In this document: one piece after another, positions 43,850 through 57,618 of the stretch
Layout: each line of letters opens with the position of its first letter
How positions within the stretch are numbered: position 1 is the first letter of the stretch
Notes under the pieces: generated by a model
The model's input: only the letters and a program-made list of their open reading frames with translations
Told to the model about the DNA's origin: nothing
The model's database searches: none
From: the human T2T-CHM13v2.0 reference genome, Homo sapiens
Direction: 5' to 3' (one strand)
Assembly: GCF_009914755.1 (NCBI RefSeq)
Contig: NC_060927.1
DNA: 64,000 bases
Program-made: the position numbers and the translations under genes

Positions 43850-45109
43850 AAGGGCCACCTCAAATTCTGATCCAAAGAGAGGTGTCACAGAAGATGAGAA
43901 ATCTGAACTGTAGGAATTCTTATCTTTTTAAGCAGAGCTATCATCAGCAAATCATGCATAAAAATATCAGAGTACTAGTCTATTTGTAAATAATTTAAGC
44001 TCATCCAACATCCAACATAAAGAAAAGCTGCACAGACAAGAACGCAGCCTTCTCAAATGAGACAGCAGTCAGTGGTTTGGCTTCAAGTGACAAGGATAAT
44101 TTACATCAGTTTACAAATTAACTATCAGTATGACAAACATGAAGCCAGTCAGTATGTGACATGGGATATTATTAAATAACTGTCATCTTCTAATATATTT
44201 AAATTAGTTAATTTGTTTCAATTCATTAATTTTTAAATTAATCAGTTCTATACGTTCTTTTGAAAAAAAAAATCTGGAAGGATTTTCCTAAAGCTCAACA
44301 TTGCCCTCCTATGGATTAAAAGCCATCATATGGTATTTCCAATGTTTATAAAAGACATAGGAAAATTATACTTCTGTGGCATAGGTTTTAAAAGATGTAA
44401 CTAGCTCTCAGAATTCTGAACAGCACTCACAACTGTCCCCAGTATCCCTAATATGACCATATCATATTTGATTTTCTCCTTCTATAGATCAGTTCTGCCC
44501 TGAAGACAGTTCACAACTTCAGACTACCCTTTGGTCTTGTGAGGCACAATCATTACAGAAAAATGAGCAACATCATGATGTGTCTGTAGTTATTTCATCG
44601 AGTCTGGCCGATACTTAACATTTCAAGGTACTTACTGGGCATTGTGTATTATCTAAGTTAAAAATTTACAAACCTGGTAGATATCTGGGAGTTATGTTGA
44701 GTTTAAAAATAAAGGAAATTTTCCATTCATTAAGAGAAGAATAAAAGTGTTTCTCAGTTTTATGGTCGAGGCTGCCAGATAGAAATAAGTCCCAAATTCT
44801 GCAAGGAATCCAGCTGGAGCTCCGGAAAGTGCTTGTGTTAAGTGATAGCCAAGCAGTTGGACAGAGTAGGAATAACTGGTGAGTCTGAAGATTCTACTTG
44901 TCCAGCTAGATTAAACAGAAAGAAAATGGAAAGGAGTTGGGAAATTAATTTTTTAAGCTATTTGAGAATTTCACTGTACTTTTTGAAATGACCATATTAA
45001 GAAAATGTGTTTTGGCAAACGTGGTGAAAAATAAGTAATCCAATAGCAGTCATTTTCATACAATGTGTATAAAAAGAATATCCCTTAATCATTATAAAAT
45101 AAATTGCAA

Positions 45110-45245
45110 TTAAGTCTGGGATAAGTTGTTTTAACCTCTCTGAGTCTCAGTTTCCTCATCTGAAAAACAGTATTATTATTCCTATTTTGCAAGTTTGAGC
45201 ATATGGATGAGAACTAACACAGGCAAAGTCCCTCACATAGCATAT
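45110..45245 (+). mobile_element. MIR
   Basis: ttaacctctctgagtctcagtttcctcatctgaaaaacag core. Confidence 0.75.
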
Positions 45246-46165
45246 CTTGAAAGAGAGTGGTGGCTCTACAAAGGGTGGATGACTGAAAAACAAGGCATAA
45301 TTTTCAGTGTAGATTTTAGAGTCTGACATGCCCTTTCACATACATTACTTAATTTCATTTTTAAAAATATAGTACCATTATTGGGGTTCTTCTTCATATG
45401 GCATCCCTGGAGTCATCAAAGTAAAAATGAAAGAAATCAGTCTAGCTTGGAAAATCTTAAGGAACTTAATAATTGTAGGAAACAAATTAAACATCTCGAG
45501 ACCAACTTCCAAGAGCAGAAGCTTTCACCAAGATTTTCTGATAAAAATCCACATCCACAACTGAAGATAATTTCACTTGTCTCCCACTTTAGCTCCTTCT
45601 ACTCACCATTTTAGAAATCTGCACTTAAAAATGGTTGAGATAGACATTTATAGGAGAAGCTGGAGAAGTGATTCTAAGAACTTCATTACAGGTCAAAGTG
45701 TTTGTTCTTAGGGATGTTTTCCAGAAATCTTAATCTTTCTCCTGTGGATTCTTAGTATGCTTGGATATGCAACTCCAGACTTTCTTTGGGCTTACCAGGT
45801 TTCAATCACCTTGACCCCAAATATATAGTTTATGTCATATCTATCCTCTTCAAGATACAGCACGTTTAGGCCATTCCAACACCAGCTTCAAGTGAAGATG
45901 GGGAAAGTATTTCAATTATTTAATTATGTTCCAATCACAGAAAGGAGACAAGCAAGTCTTCTGGGGCAGAAGTGAATGCAGCATGTTACCTGCAGCATTT
46001 ACCATAGATAAATTAAAAATGTTATGGGTAGGATTAACTTTCTTAATGGACACTATCCAAGAAAATAGAATGTAAGCCAAACTATGAGGTGGTTTGATAT
46101 AATGAAAGTTGATTTAATGAATCATAAGGCACCGTTCTAAGTCCTTCACATGAATTAACACATTT

Positions 46166-49100
46166 ATTTTTGTTTTGTTTTGTTTTGTTCAACTGTTAAG
46201 TTCCAGGGTACATGTGTAAGATGTGCAGGTTTGTTACATAAGCAAATGTGTGCCATGGTGGTTTGCTGCACAGATCAACCCATCACCTAAGTATTAAGGC
46301 CAGCATCCATTAGCTATTCTTCCTGATGCTCTCCCTTCCCAGGGCCCCTGACAGGCACCAGTGTGTGTTGCTCCCGTCAATGTGTCCATGTCTTCTCATC
46401 ATTCAGCTTCCACTAATAACTGAGAACATGCGGTGTTTGGTTTTCTGCTCCTGCATTTGTTTACTGAGGATAATGGCTTCCAGCTCAATCCACGTCCCTG
46501 CAAAGGACATAATCTTGTTTTTTGTTTTTTTGTTTTTATGGCTGCATAATATTCATGGTATAAATGTACCACATTTTCTTTATCCAATCTATCATTAATG
46601 GCCATTTGAGTTGATTCCATGTCTCTGCTATTGTGAATAGTGCTTCAGTGAACATACATGTACATGTATCTTCATAATGGAATGATTCATATTCCTTTGG
46701 GTATATACCCAGTAATGAGACTGCTGGGTCAAATGATAATTCTGCCTCTAGGTCTTTGAGGAATCGCCACACTGTCTTCCACAATGGGTGAACTAGTTTA
46801 CACTTCCAACATGGCCTTCTTGACTTTTTAACAATCACCATTATGACTGATGGTATCTCATTGTGGTTTTGATTTGCATTTATCTAATGATCAGTGATAT
46901 TGAGCTTTTTTTCATATGTTTATGGCCACATGAATGTCTTCTTTTGAGAAGTGTCTGTTCATGCCTTTTACCCACTTTTTAATGGGGTTGATTGTTTTAT
47001 TCTTGTAAATTTGTTTAAGTCCCTTGTAGACTCTGGATATTAAATCTTTGTCAGATGGATAGATTGCAAAAGTTTTCCCCCATTCTGTAGGTTGTCTGTT
47101 CACCCTGATGACAGTTTCTTTTGCTGTGCAGAAGCCCTTTAGTTATTAGATCTTGTTTGTCAATTTTTGCTTATATTGCGATTATTTTTGGTGTTTTCTT
47201 CATGAAATCTTTGCCTGTGCCTATGTTTTGAATGGTGTTGCCTAGATTTTCTTCTAGGGTTTTTACAGTTTTGGGTTTTACATTTAAGTCTTGATCCATC
47301 TTGAGTTCACTTTTGTATAAGGTGTAAGAAGGGGTCAATTTTCAGTTTTCTGCATATGACTAGCCAGTTTTCCCAGCACCATTTATTAAATAGGGAATTC
47401 TTTTCCCATTGCTTGTTTTTGTCAAGTTTGTGGAAGAACAGATGGTTGCAGGTGTGCAGTCTCATTTTTGAGTTCCCTATTCTGTTCCATTGGTCCATGT
47501 ATTGGCTTTGGTACCATTACCATGCTGTTTTGGTTACTGTAGCTTTGTAGTATAGTTGGAAGTTAGGTAGCACGATGCCTCCAGCTTTGTTCTTTTTGCT
47601 CAGGATTATCTTGACTATACAGGCTCTCTTTTGGTTCCATATCAATTTTAAAATAGTTTTTTCTAATTCTATGGAGAATCTCCATGGTAGTTTATTAGGA
47701 ATAACATTGAATCTATAAATTACTTTGGACAATATGGCCATTTTCATGATATTGATTCTAACCATGAGTTTGGAATATTTTCCCATTTGTTTGAGTCCTC
47801 TTTAATTTTGGGGGCAGTGGTTTGTAGTTCTCCTTGAAGATGTCCTTCACTTCCCACATAATCTGTATTCCTAGGAATTTTATTTTATTTGTAGCCATTG
47901 TTAGTAAGAGTTTATTCATGATTTGGCTCTCTGCTTGCCTATTGTTGGTATATATGAATGCTAGTGATTTTTGCACACTGATTTTTGCATCCTCAGACTT
48001 TGCTGAAGTTGCTTCTCAGCTTAAGAAGCTTTGGTGCTGAGAAGATGGGGTTTTCTAGATATAAGATCATGCCATCTGCAAATACAGATAATTTGACTTC
48101 CTCTCTTCCTATTTGAATACGCTTTCTTTCTTTCTCTTCCCTGATTGCTCTGGCCAGAACTTCCAATATTATGTTGAATAAGAGTGGTGAGAGAGGACAT
48201 CTTTGTCTTCTGCCAGTTTTCAAGGGGAATGCTTCCAGATTTTCCCCATTCAGTATGATATTGGCTGTGGGTCTGTCATATATGGCCCTTATTATTTTAA
48301 GGTATGTTCCTTCAATACCTAGTTTATTGAGAGTTTTTAACACGAAGGAATGTTGAGTTTTATTGAATGCCTTTTCTGTGTATACTGAGATGATCATGTA
48401 TTTTTTGTCTTTAGCTCTGTTAATGTGATGAATTTCATTTATTGATTTGTGTGTGCTGAGCTAACCTTGCATCCCGGGATGAAGCCAACTTGACCATAGT
48501 GAATAAGCTTTTTGATGTGCTGCTGGACTTGGTTTGCCAGTATTTTATTGAAGATTTTTGCATCAATATTCATCAGGGATATTGGCCTGAAGTTTTCTTT
48601 CTTTGTTGTTGTATCTCTGCCGGTATCAGGATGATGCTGGCCTCATAGAATGAGTTAAGGAGGAATCCCTCCTTTTTATTTGTTTGGAATAGTTTTAGTG
48701 GAAATGGTACTACCTCTTCTTCCTACCTCTGGTAGATTTGAGCTGTAAATTTGTATGGTCTTGAGCTTTTTTTGGTTGGTAGCCTATTTACCTCTGCCTC
48801 AATTTCAGAACTCATTATTGGTCTATTCAGGGATTCAATTTCTTCCTGGTTCAACCTTGGGAGGGTGTATGTGTCCAGGAATTTATTGATTTCTTCTAGA
48901 TTTTCTAGTTTTTGGGCATAGAGTTGTTTATAGTATTCTCTGATGGTTGTATTTCTCTGGTGTCAGTAGTGATGTCCCCCTTATCATTTCTGATTATGTC
49001 TATTTGATTCTTCTCTCTTTTCTTCTTTGTCTAGCTAGTTGTCTCTTTTATTAATTTTTTTCCATAAAACAGCCCTTAGAGTCATTCATCTTTTGAACAG

Positions 49101-49659
49101 TTTTTTATATCTCTCTCTCCTTCAGTTCCACTCTAATCTTGGTTATTTCTTGTCTTCTACTAGCCTTGTGGTTTGTTTGCTCTTGGTTCTCTAGTTCTTT
49201 TAGTTGAGATGTTATGTTGTTGATTTGAGATCTTTCTAGCTTTTGATGTGAGCATTTAATGCTGTAAATTTCTCTCTTAACACTGCTTTAGCTGTGTCCC
49301 AGAGATTCTGGCACATTGTCTCTTTGTCTCTTAGTTTCAAAGAACTTCCTTATTTCTGCCTTAATTTCATTATTTACCTAGAATTCATTCAAGCACAGGT
49401 TGTTTTCATGTAGTTGTGTGGTTTTGAGTGAGTTTCTTAATCTTGAGTTCTAATTTGTGTTGTTCTGCATTTTGCATTTGCTGAGGAGTATTTTGCTACA
49501 AATTATGTGACCAATTTTAGAGTAAGTGCCATGTACTGATGAGAAGAATGTATATTCTGTTGTTTTTGGTGGTCTGCTTTATCCAGACCTGAGTTCAGAT
49601 CCTGAATATCTTTATTAATTTTATGTCTCAATAATCTATCTTATATTGTCAGTGGGGCG
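46166..49659 (-). mobile_element. 5'-truncated L1PA (PA8-PA11-like), ~3.5 kb, inserted into a MIR
   Basis: (TTTTG)n tail, antisense 3'UTR, ORF2p fragments (47993-48397: [32 protein letters not shown]...[10 protein letters not shown]); MIR halves at ~46120-46165 and ~49665-49870. Confidence 0.92.
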
Positions 49660-49664
49660 AAATC

Positions 49665-49870
49665 AGTACATTTAATCGTTACAGCAAACCTATGAAATAT
49701 AAATGTAGTATTATCCGTATTTTACAAGTTAGAAAGCTGAAACCCACAGAGGACAGGTTCCTTAGTCAAGATTACACATTTCATAAGAGACTGAACCATA
49801 TTAAAACCAAAAATGATCCCAATATTCAAATCAAAGTCATCTGGCTCTAGAACCTAGGCCCTTACTACTT
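49665..49870 (-). mobile_element. MIR (distal half of the split copy)
   Basis: attatccgtattttacaagttagaaagctgaaacccacagagg...tctggctctagaacc. Confidence 0.65.
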
Positions 49871-50832
49871 CATGATAGTGCCTTTCCAAATTTTAAAAAA
49901 TATGCAAGCATTTTTTTTCTCTTGACACACCACAAATTAATTGTCACTTTGCACTGGTTGGGAGACCTAGTAAGGTTTGTTAAATTCATCTCTCTATATA
50001 AGGTAAAGCTATAAGTCAATATAATTAGATTTGTAACTTATCAAGAAATGAGCCAATGAAAAATAACAACTTCTGCTTCGGGGAGAGAGGCTTGTGAAAA
50101 CGGTTTTGTTTTTTATTTGTTTTGTCTGATGGGTAGAATCTGCATGAGAGCAAAATGGAAGCCCTGATCCTGATCGCAAACCAGAATTGCTGTAGACAGC
50201 CTTACATCATTCCAGATTAAATGCTGCCTGGAGACCCACATCTACTTTGTTATCCCTTTGATATATGAAAACGTAACCCTTTCCCACTGAGCCATGGCAC
50301 TGGGGACACACTATCAGCACCTACAGAAATCAACACTTGTTCCAACAAAAAGAATGTCTCCACCCTAAAATTAACCTCTGCTAACATCAAAGTAGAAACA
50401 ATAAGATCAGTATTCATCGTGCTTTTTTATTCATAACACCCAAATAGGCTTCTTTTCCTTTGCAGAAAATAGACTTCTTTCCCTAATGCATAAGTCCTAT
50501 GCATTAAAATAAAGAGCAACATAGAAAATAGTAATTTACCTGACAAGGGGAAATGGTTGATTTTTACAATACTTCAAAGAATCACTCTTCAAAAACAAAG
50601 GAATGTCAGTCGTTTAGAGAATGTGAGCATAAATGCAATTAAACAAACTAGGAGCTCCCATAAGATTATCAGCCCTAAACACTAAGAAAATCTTTTCATC
50701 ATAGTCTCCAAGATTCCTTTCATAGGTGTATTTGAAAAATGTTAACAGAAAACTTCTTACCTTCAACAACACTTTTTGTAACTTCAATTTCACTTAAATC
50801 TATAATGTTGCAGAGAGCATTGTTTGGTTAAA

Positions 50833-50859
50833 ACACACACACACACACACACACACACA
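50833..50859. repeat. (CA)n microsatellite
   Basis: About 13 CA units. Confidence 0.93.
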
Positions 50860-51904
50860 AATTTAAAACAAGTTAAATATCCCTGTGACACTGAACTTAA
50901 CATAAAAAAACTATTTGAAAGCAGGTTCCATGTAAATGTTTTTTTGTTTCCTTTCTGTCCTCTGTCATTAAGGGAGATGAGAAGGCAAAATGGACCGAGT
51001 AGAGGCAGACAGGCCACAGTCATGGAGAAGGGGAGGTGTGTAGGAGTAAAAGGAAGGAAAATAAGGAAAAGGAAGGAGAGCAAGTGCATTGAGATGAAAA
51101 CTGGGGGAGGATGTACAGTAATACATGGGAAGTGGAGTGAGGAAAAAAGAAAATCCTATTGAGGATTAGGAGATCATTTTAGGACTTATGTGAGCTGGAG
51201 TTGGTTAAATTTTCAAGCAATGGCATTGTGAGTTTCAAAGTTGCATATGTTGGCAGTTCAAAAGAAGAACCAGTTTTAAAGGAGGCCAGGAGGCCAGTTT
51301 TTTTAAGTACATCATCTGGTTACGAGGATATGATAGTTAAAAGGGAAAGCCAGCATTTCCAAAGAAGGATGTAGAAAGATACATGGTATAGAAATTCTGC
51401 CACCTACAAGGAAAATCTGGGGAAGAAATAATTTCTGGTTATGTTAATTAAGTCTGGTCTTGTTCTAAGGTTTTCCAGCTCATTTGCCTGGCTGCTGAAA
51501 TGGTAATGTAAATAAGATATAATTATTGGTTTGCCCATTGAGAATTACAGGCTTATTGAGATGAAAGGAAGGCATCATAATGATCACAAAGCTTAAAATC
51601 CCTTAGGTCACAAAACCAAGTGCTTACTAAGGTCAGAGACATGAATGCTGAAGGGGACTCAGAGGGTACTGTGGCAATCAAGAGAGTTTCTGTCCCATGT
51701 AAAAGGGACAGCACCACTGAGTTTCAGTTGCTTTTGCCATTTGAGTACCCAGGCACTGAATCAGCAGATCTAATTTCTCATGAGGGGCTGGTTTAATGTT
51801 CAAGATTATTTGATTCAAAGCAAGAAGGAAGGAAAAAAGGAAGGAAGGGCAAGTGCTATGTGAATCAAATAAATCACATCTATGGGCTACCAGAGCTCTG
51901 ATTC

Positions 51905-52025
51905 CATACATTTTAGAAGTGAGAAGCTTGGCTCAGGAAATGAAAGGAGCTTGGCCAAGGTCACACAGCTAGTTAGTGGTAGAGCCAAGAACATGTTAGG
52001 AGGCAGGCTTCCTCATTCCCAGATC
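51905..52025 (-). mobile_element. MIR
   Basis: cattttagaagtgagaagcttggctcagg...ccaaggtcacacagctagttagtggtagagcca. Confidence 0.75.
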
Positions 52026-52654
52026 AGTTGCCTGCCTGTCTTGTGAAGATTCTGATGTACTCACAGACACACTGATTTCTTCCTTTTCTCCAGAGTTTGG
52101 CAGTGGCCTTGCTTGTGTGCTTCCCTCTCCTTAGCAGCTTGGTTGAAAAGTTTCCAATAAACTCAAAAAAAAAAAATCCAAATCCAATGTTGCTCTGGTC
52201 CATTAAGTAAATCTTCTCGATCTGGGAAGCAAGTTGGAAAAGAAGGTTAAACACATTGGTGTTTCATGGAGTTTCTAAGAGTTGGAGTCAGCACAACTAA
52301 AATCTTCACTGCGCCCTGGGCCTAATGTTTTGAAATCTGTCTTTTCTTTCCATTTAAACATTTCCAAAGTGTTGGTGCTGCGCTGAATATAAAAGCAGCT
52401 CTAAAAATACAGATGTATTAAATACCTTTTTTTTTTTAAAAGTACTCTGACTTAACTTGTGTAGGTAAAATTTAGAATCAAAGATGCCATGAAAGTAGCA
52501 AACTTCTAAATAAGCAGTAGCATAAAGATGCTGCATAAAATGATTATAAAAGATAAAAGGGACAGAAAGTTTATTAAACATGAGAGAAGAAAGTCATATG
52601 CCAGGAATAAAGAAGGATATTCACACTATTAAGGAGTCACATTATTTTATTACA

Positions 52655-54146
<1,492 letters not shown>

Positions 54147-54223
54147 TACTGTAAATATGGCTTAAAAGGTATTTTGTAGTAAAGAGATCCCTCAAAACAC
54201 CTTCAATCATACAGAGGAAAAGG

Positions 54224-54309
54224 AAGTTTTAACAAAGTATTTGAAAAGTAGTTATGTAATCATATTAAAAAAAAAGTTTTAAGACAGTATTTGAAAATAG
54301 TTATGTAAA
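54224..54309. repeat. Imperfect ~51-bp-period duplication
   Basis: aagttttaacaaagtatttgaaaagtagttatgtaa vs aagttttaagacagtatttgaaaatagttatgtaa. Confidence 0.8.
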
Positions 54310-54919
54310 ATAAGTTTGCAGCTTCTTCAGTGTCAAAGCTCACTTATAATCACCCAACACCATATAAGTCTATTTTATACCCTAAAATTGGCTTCATGAA
54401 TTTCTAGAGAAATCTCACACAATCATGATTATTGTGTGAATCATTACTAATATAAACTATAAATATTGAAATTATGTCTGCTTTCATACCAAAGATGTTT
54501 ACTATTTACATACAAGAGGGAGTTGGAAAATATTTGTTAATACTGGAAAAGAATTGGTGATCCCTGGAAGCCCAGAGGCCTAGTTTCCTCTCGGGGGCTG
54601 ATGTGATTATTGTCATCAGCAGTCTCCTCCAAAGGCTAAGAGGTTTTGGTAAAGGCAATAATGAGCTATGCATACATGGAAAATTCTTTCATGTGCTTTC
54701 AACCAACAGAATTTAATTAAATATGGTTCATATGTTTTGTATTTTTAAGCCAAATCTTCATAGTTGTATAATGTTACTGACAGCATCAGCAGACAAGACA
54801 CAAAAGTTTTGGGAACAGGAAGTGTAGTAATTATAATTGAAATTGAGAAATAAAAAGAAAGGTCAAAGTAACAAGAAAATGGGGTTGAATTATTTTTCTC
54901 TACTAGTGTTATTTCTTGA

Positions 54920-55345
<426 letters not shown>

Positions 55346-55539
55346 AGTCCTTTCCTTTTGCTTGCATTCCTGTAAGAGAGCCTAAGCCTCAGCCTGTGTA
55401 GGAGCACAGAACTTTTTAAGATGACTCATATACATGAGGCCCTCCCCTCAGCTGTTCCATCATTGAGAAACTTGTTTCTCCATCCTACATTTTCTCAGCT
55501 TCTGTTATTAACCCTGATCCCATGGAGATGGAGACAGCT

Positions 55540-56370
55540 TCATTTCATTTCAGGCTCTAAAAGTCTTCCTGAGCTAGGGGGTCTCATCTAAGCCCGTGGC
55601 AGTAAATACCACACTTACACTAACAATTCCTACATCTATCTCTTTTTAGGTATAACCTCTCTGCTGAACTTAAGCCTCACACATCTAACTGCCTCTAAGG
55701 CACCTCAAATTCAACATACCCAGATAAGCTTATCATCTTCCCCTGAACACAAACATGCTTTTATCACAGTAGTAGAACTACTATGCACCCAGTTTCCCAA
55801 GACAGAAACCTAGTAAGTGTTGGCTCATCTCTCTCCCTCTCCATCTTCTCTCTATATTCAATCAATCATGCATTTCAGTTTTATTCAGCAATCTCATTTG
55901 CCTAAAATTTACCAGATTTTCTTCATACTCAAATTGGAGGACACCATACGTTTCCTGGATTATTGTCATATCTTCTTAACTGAGATAGCTTCGCCATTTT
56001 CAACCCTACACAATGAATTTGTTTCTTAGGGAGACTGATCCTTAGAAAATGTAATGCTGACCGCACTCATCTGGTAAAGCACTTCAATAACTCCCCATTG
56101 CTCTTAAGGTGAAGTCTAAGCCCTACATGGTTTTCCCAGTTTAAGTGTTTCTACTGAGCCTTCAGCTTCGGCTTCCCATGGACTACTTCCTCATTTCACT
56201 CCATTTATTCCCTTCTCCCAACCTTAATTGTCTAATTTATTCATCAGAACTCAGCTTAGATATCACTTCCCTTGAAAGCTTTCTTCGACATTTCCTAAGT
56301 GCTTCACTGGCATAAAGTATTTTCCCTATCTTGGCACTTATAGCACTATAATGCAATTACATGTTTCTTT
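55540..56370 (+). mobile_element. L2 fragment (sense)
   Basis: ggcacctcaaattcaacatacccag, ccccattgctcttaaggtgaagtctaag, ctcagcttagatatcacttcc motifs. Confidence 0.7.
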
Positions 56371-57462
56371 ATTCAACAAAGATTTATTGAGTGTCTATTA
56401 TATATGCCAAGTGTTGTTTTAGATGCTGGAAGTATGGTAGCGAACAAAACAGACAAGTTGTCACTCTCATGGGTTTATATTTCAACAAACACTATTGAAT
56501 TAAGAAAGAAATACATGTTGGAGAGTAAGTGTCATGAAGTATGGAGAGGATAATGTGATAGAGTGTGACTGGGGCAAGAAGAAATCTTTAGTTCAAAGTG
56601 ATGAGGGAAGGCTTCTCTGATAAGCCAACAGGGAAGCTGAGGCACGAAAGTGAGAAAACAAGTCCTGTGAGTTTCTGAGGAAGAGGATTCCAAGCAGTAG
56701 AATACACACAAACACACTAAGATGGAAATGATCTTGGCATAATCCCGGACATGGAAAAGACAAGCAAGAGAAAGACTGATAGAATGAGGGCAAAGTGGTG
56801 AAGTGAGTGGCACAGTGGCACAATCATGGGGGACATGGACGCTCTGATGTAGACTTGGGGTTTAATTCTGCCTGGAATAGAAGCCATGGAGAGATGTGAA
56901 TAGAGCTGTGATATGAACCAACTTAGAAGGATCACTCTGTCTGCTGTGTGGATAAAAGACTATAAGAAATAAGGTGGAGAAAGAGACCATTTAGAAGACT
57001 GTAGCAGTCAATAGTTCTGGCAAGAGATGATAGTGCCTGGGACTACTGTGCATATTAGATACTGTAGGAACTAGATGTTTTTGGAACATACTTTAAAAGT
57101 AAAGTGCAGATGAATTGAATATAGGATATGAGAGAAAGAAAGTAGTCAAGGATCATACCATATATTTTTGTCTGAGCAAGTAGTAAACTACAGTGATCAT
57201 TATAGTATCCTCCTTTATCCACAGGTGATATGTTCCAAGACCCCCCAGTGAATATCTGAAAATGAATACTACCAGAATCTATACTATGTTTTCTCCTGTA
57301 CATATATACGTATGATAAAGTTTAATTTATAAATTAGGTAAAGTAAGATATTAATAACAATAATAATAAGAGAACAGGTATAATAATATAGTGTAATGAA
57401 AGTTATATTAATGTGCTATCTCCCTGTCTCTCAACATATCTTATTTTGCTGTACTAACCCTT

Positions 57463-57486
57463 ATGATGATGATGATGATGATGATG
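57463..57486. repeat. (ATG)n microsatellite
   Basis: About 8 units. Confidence 0.85.
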
Positions 57487-57618
57487 TGAAATGATACAAT
57501 GCCTATGTATGTGATGAGCTGAAGTGAGGTGAATGGCAGGCATTTTGATGGAGCATTAGGCTGCTATTGAGCTTCTAATAAGTCAGAAAGAAGATCATCT
57601 GCTTCTGGTGATCTTGGA

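Noticed and set aside
46536-48397. Reverse-transcriptase-like ORFs as a novel RT system
   Set aside because: Ordinary fragmented L1 ORF2p; the catalytic motif is degenerate (FADG instead of FADD).
52385-52397. TATA box tataaaag on the + strand
   Set aside because: Isolated motif in AT-rich DNA with no other promoter evidence.
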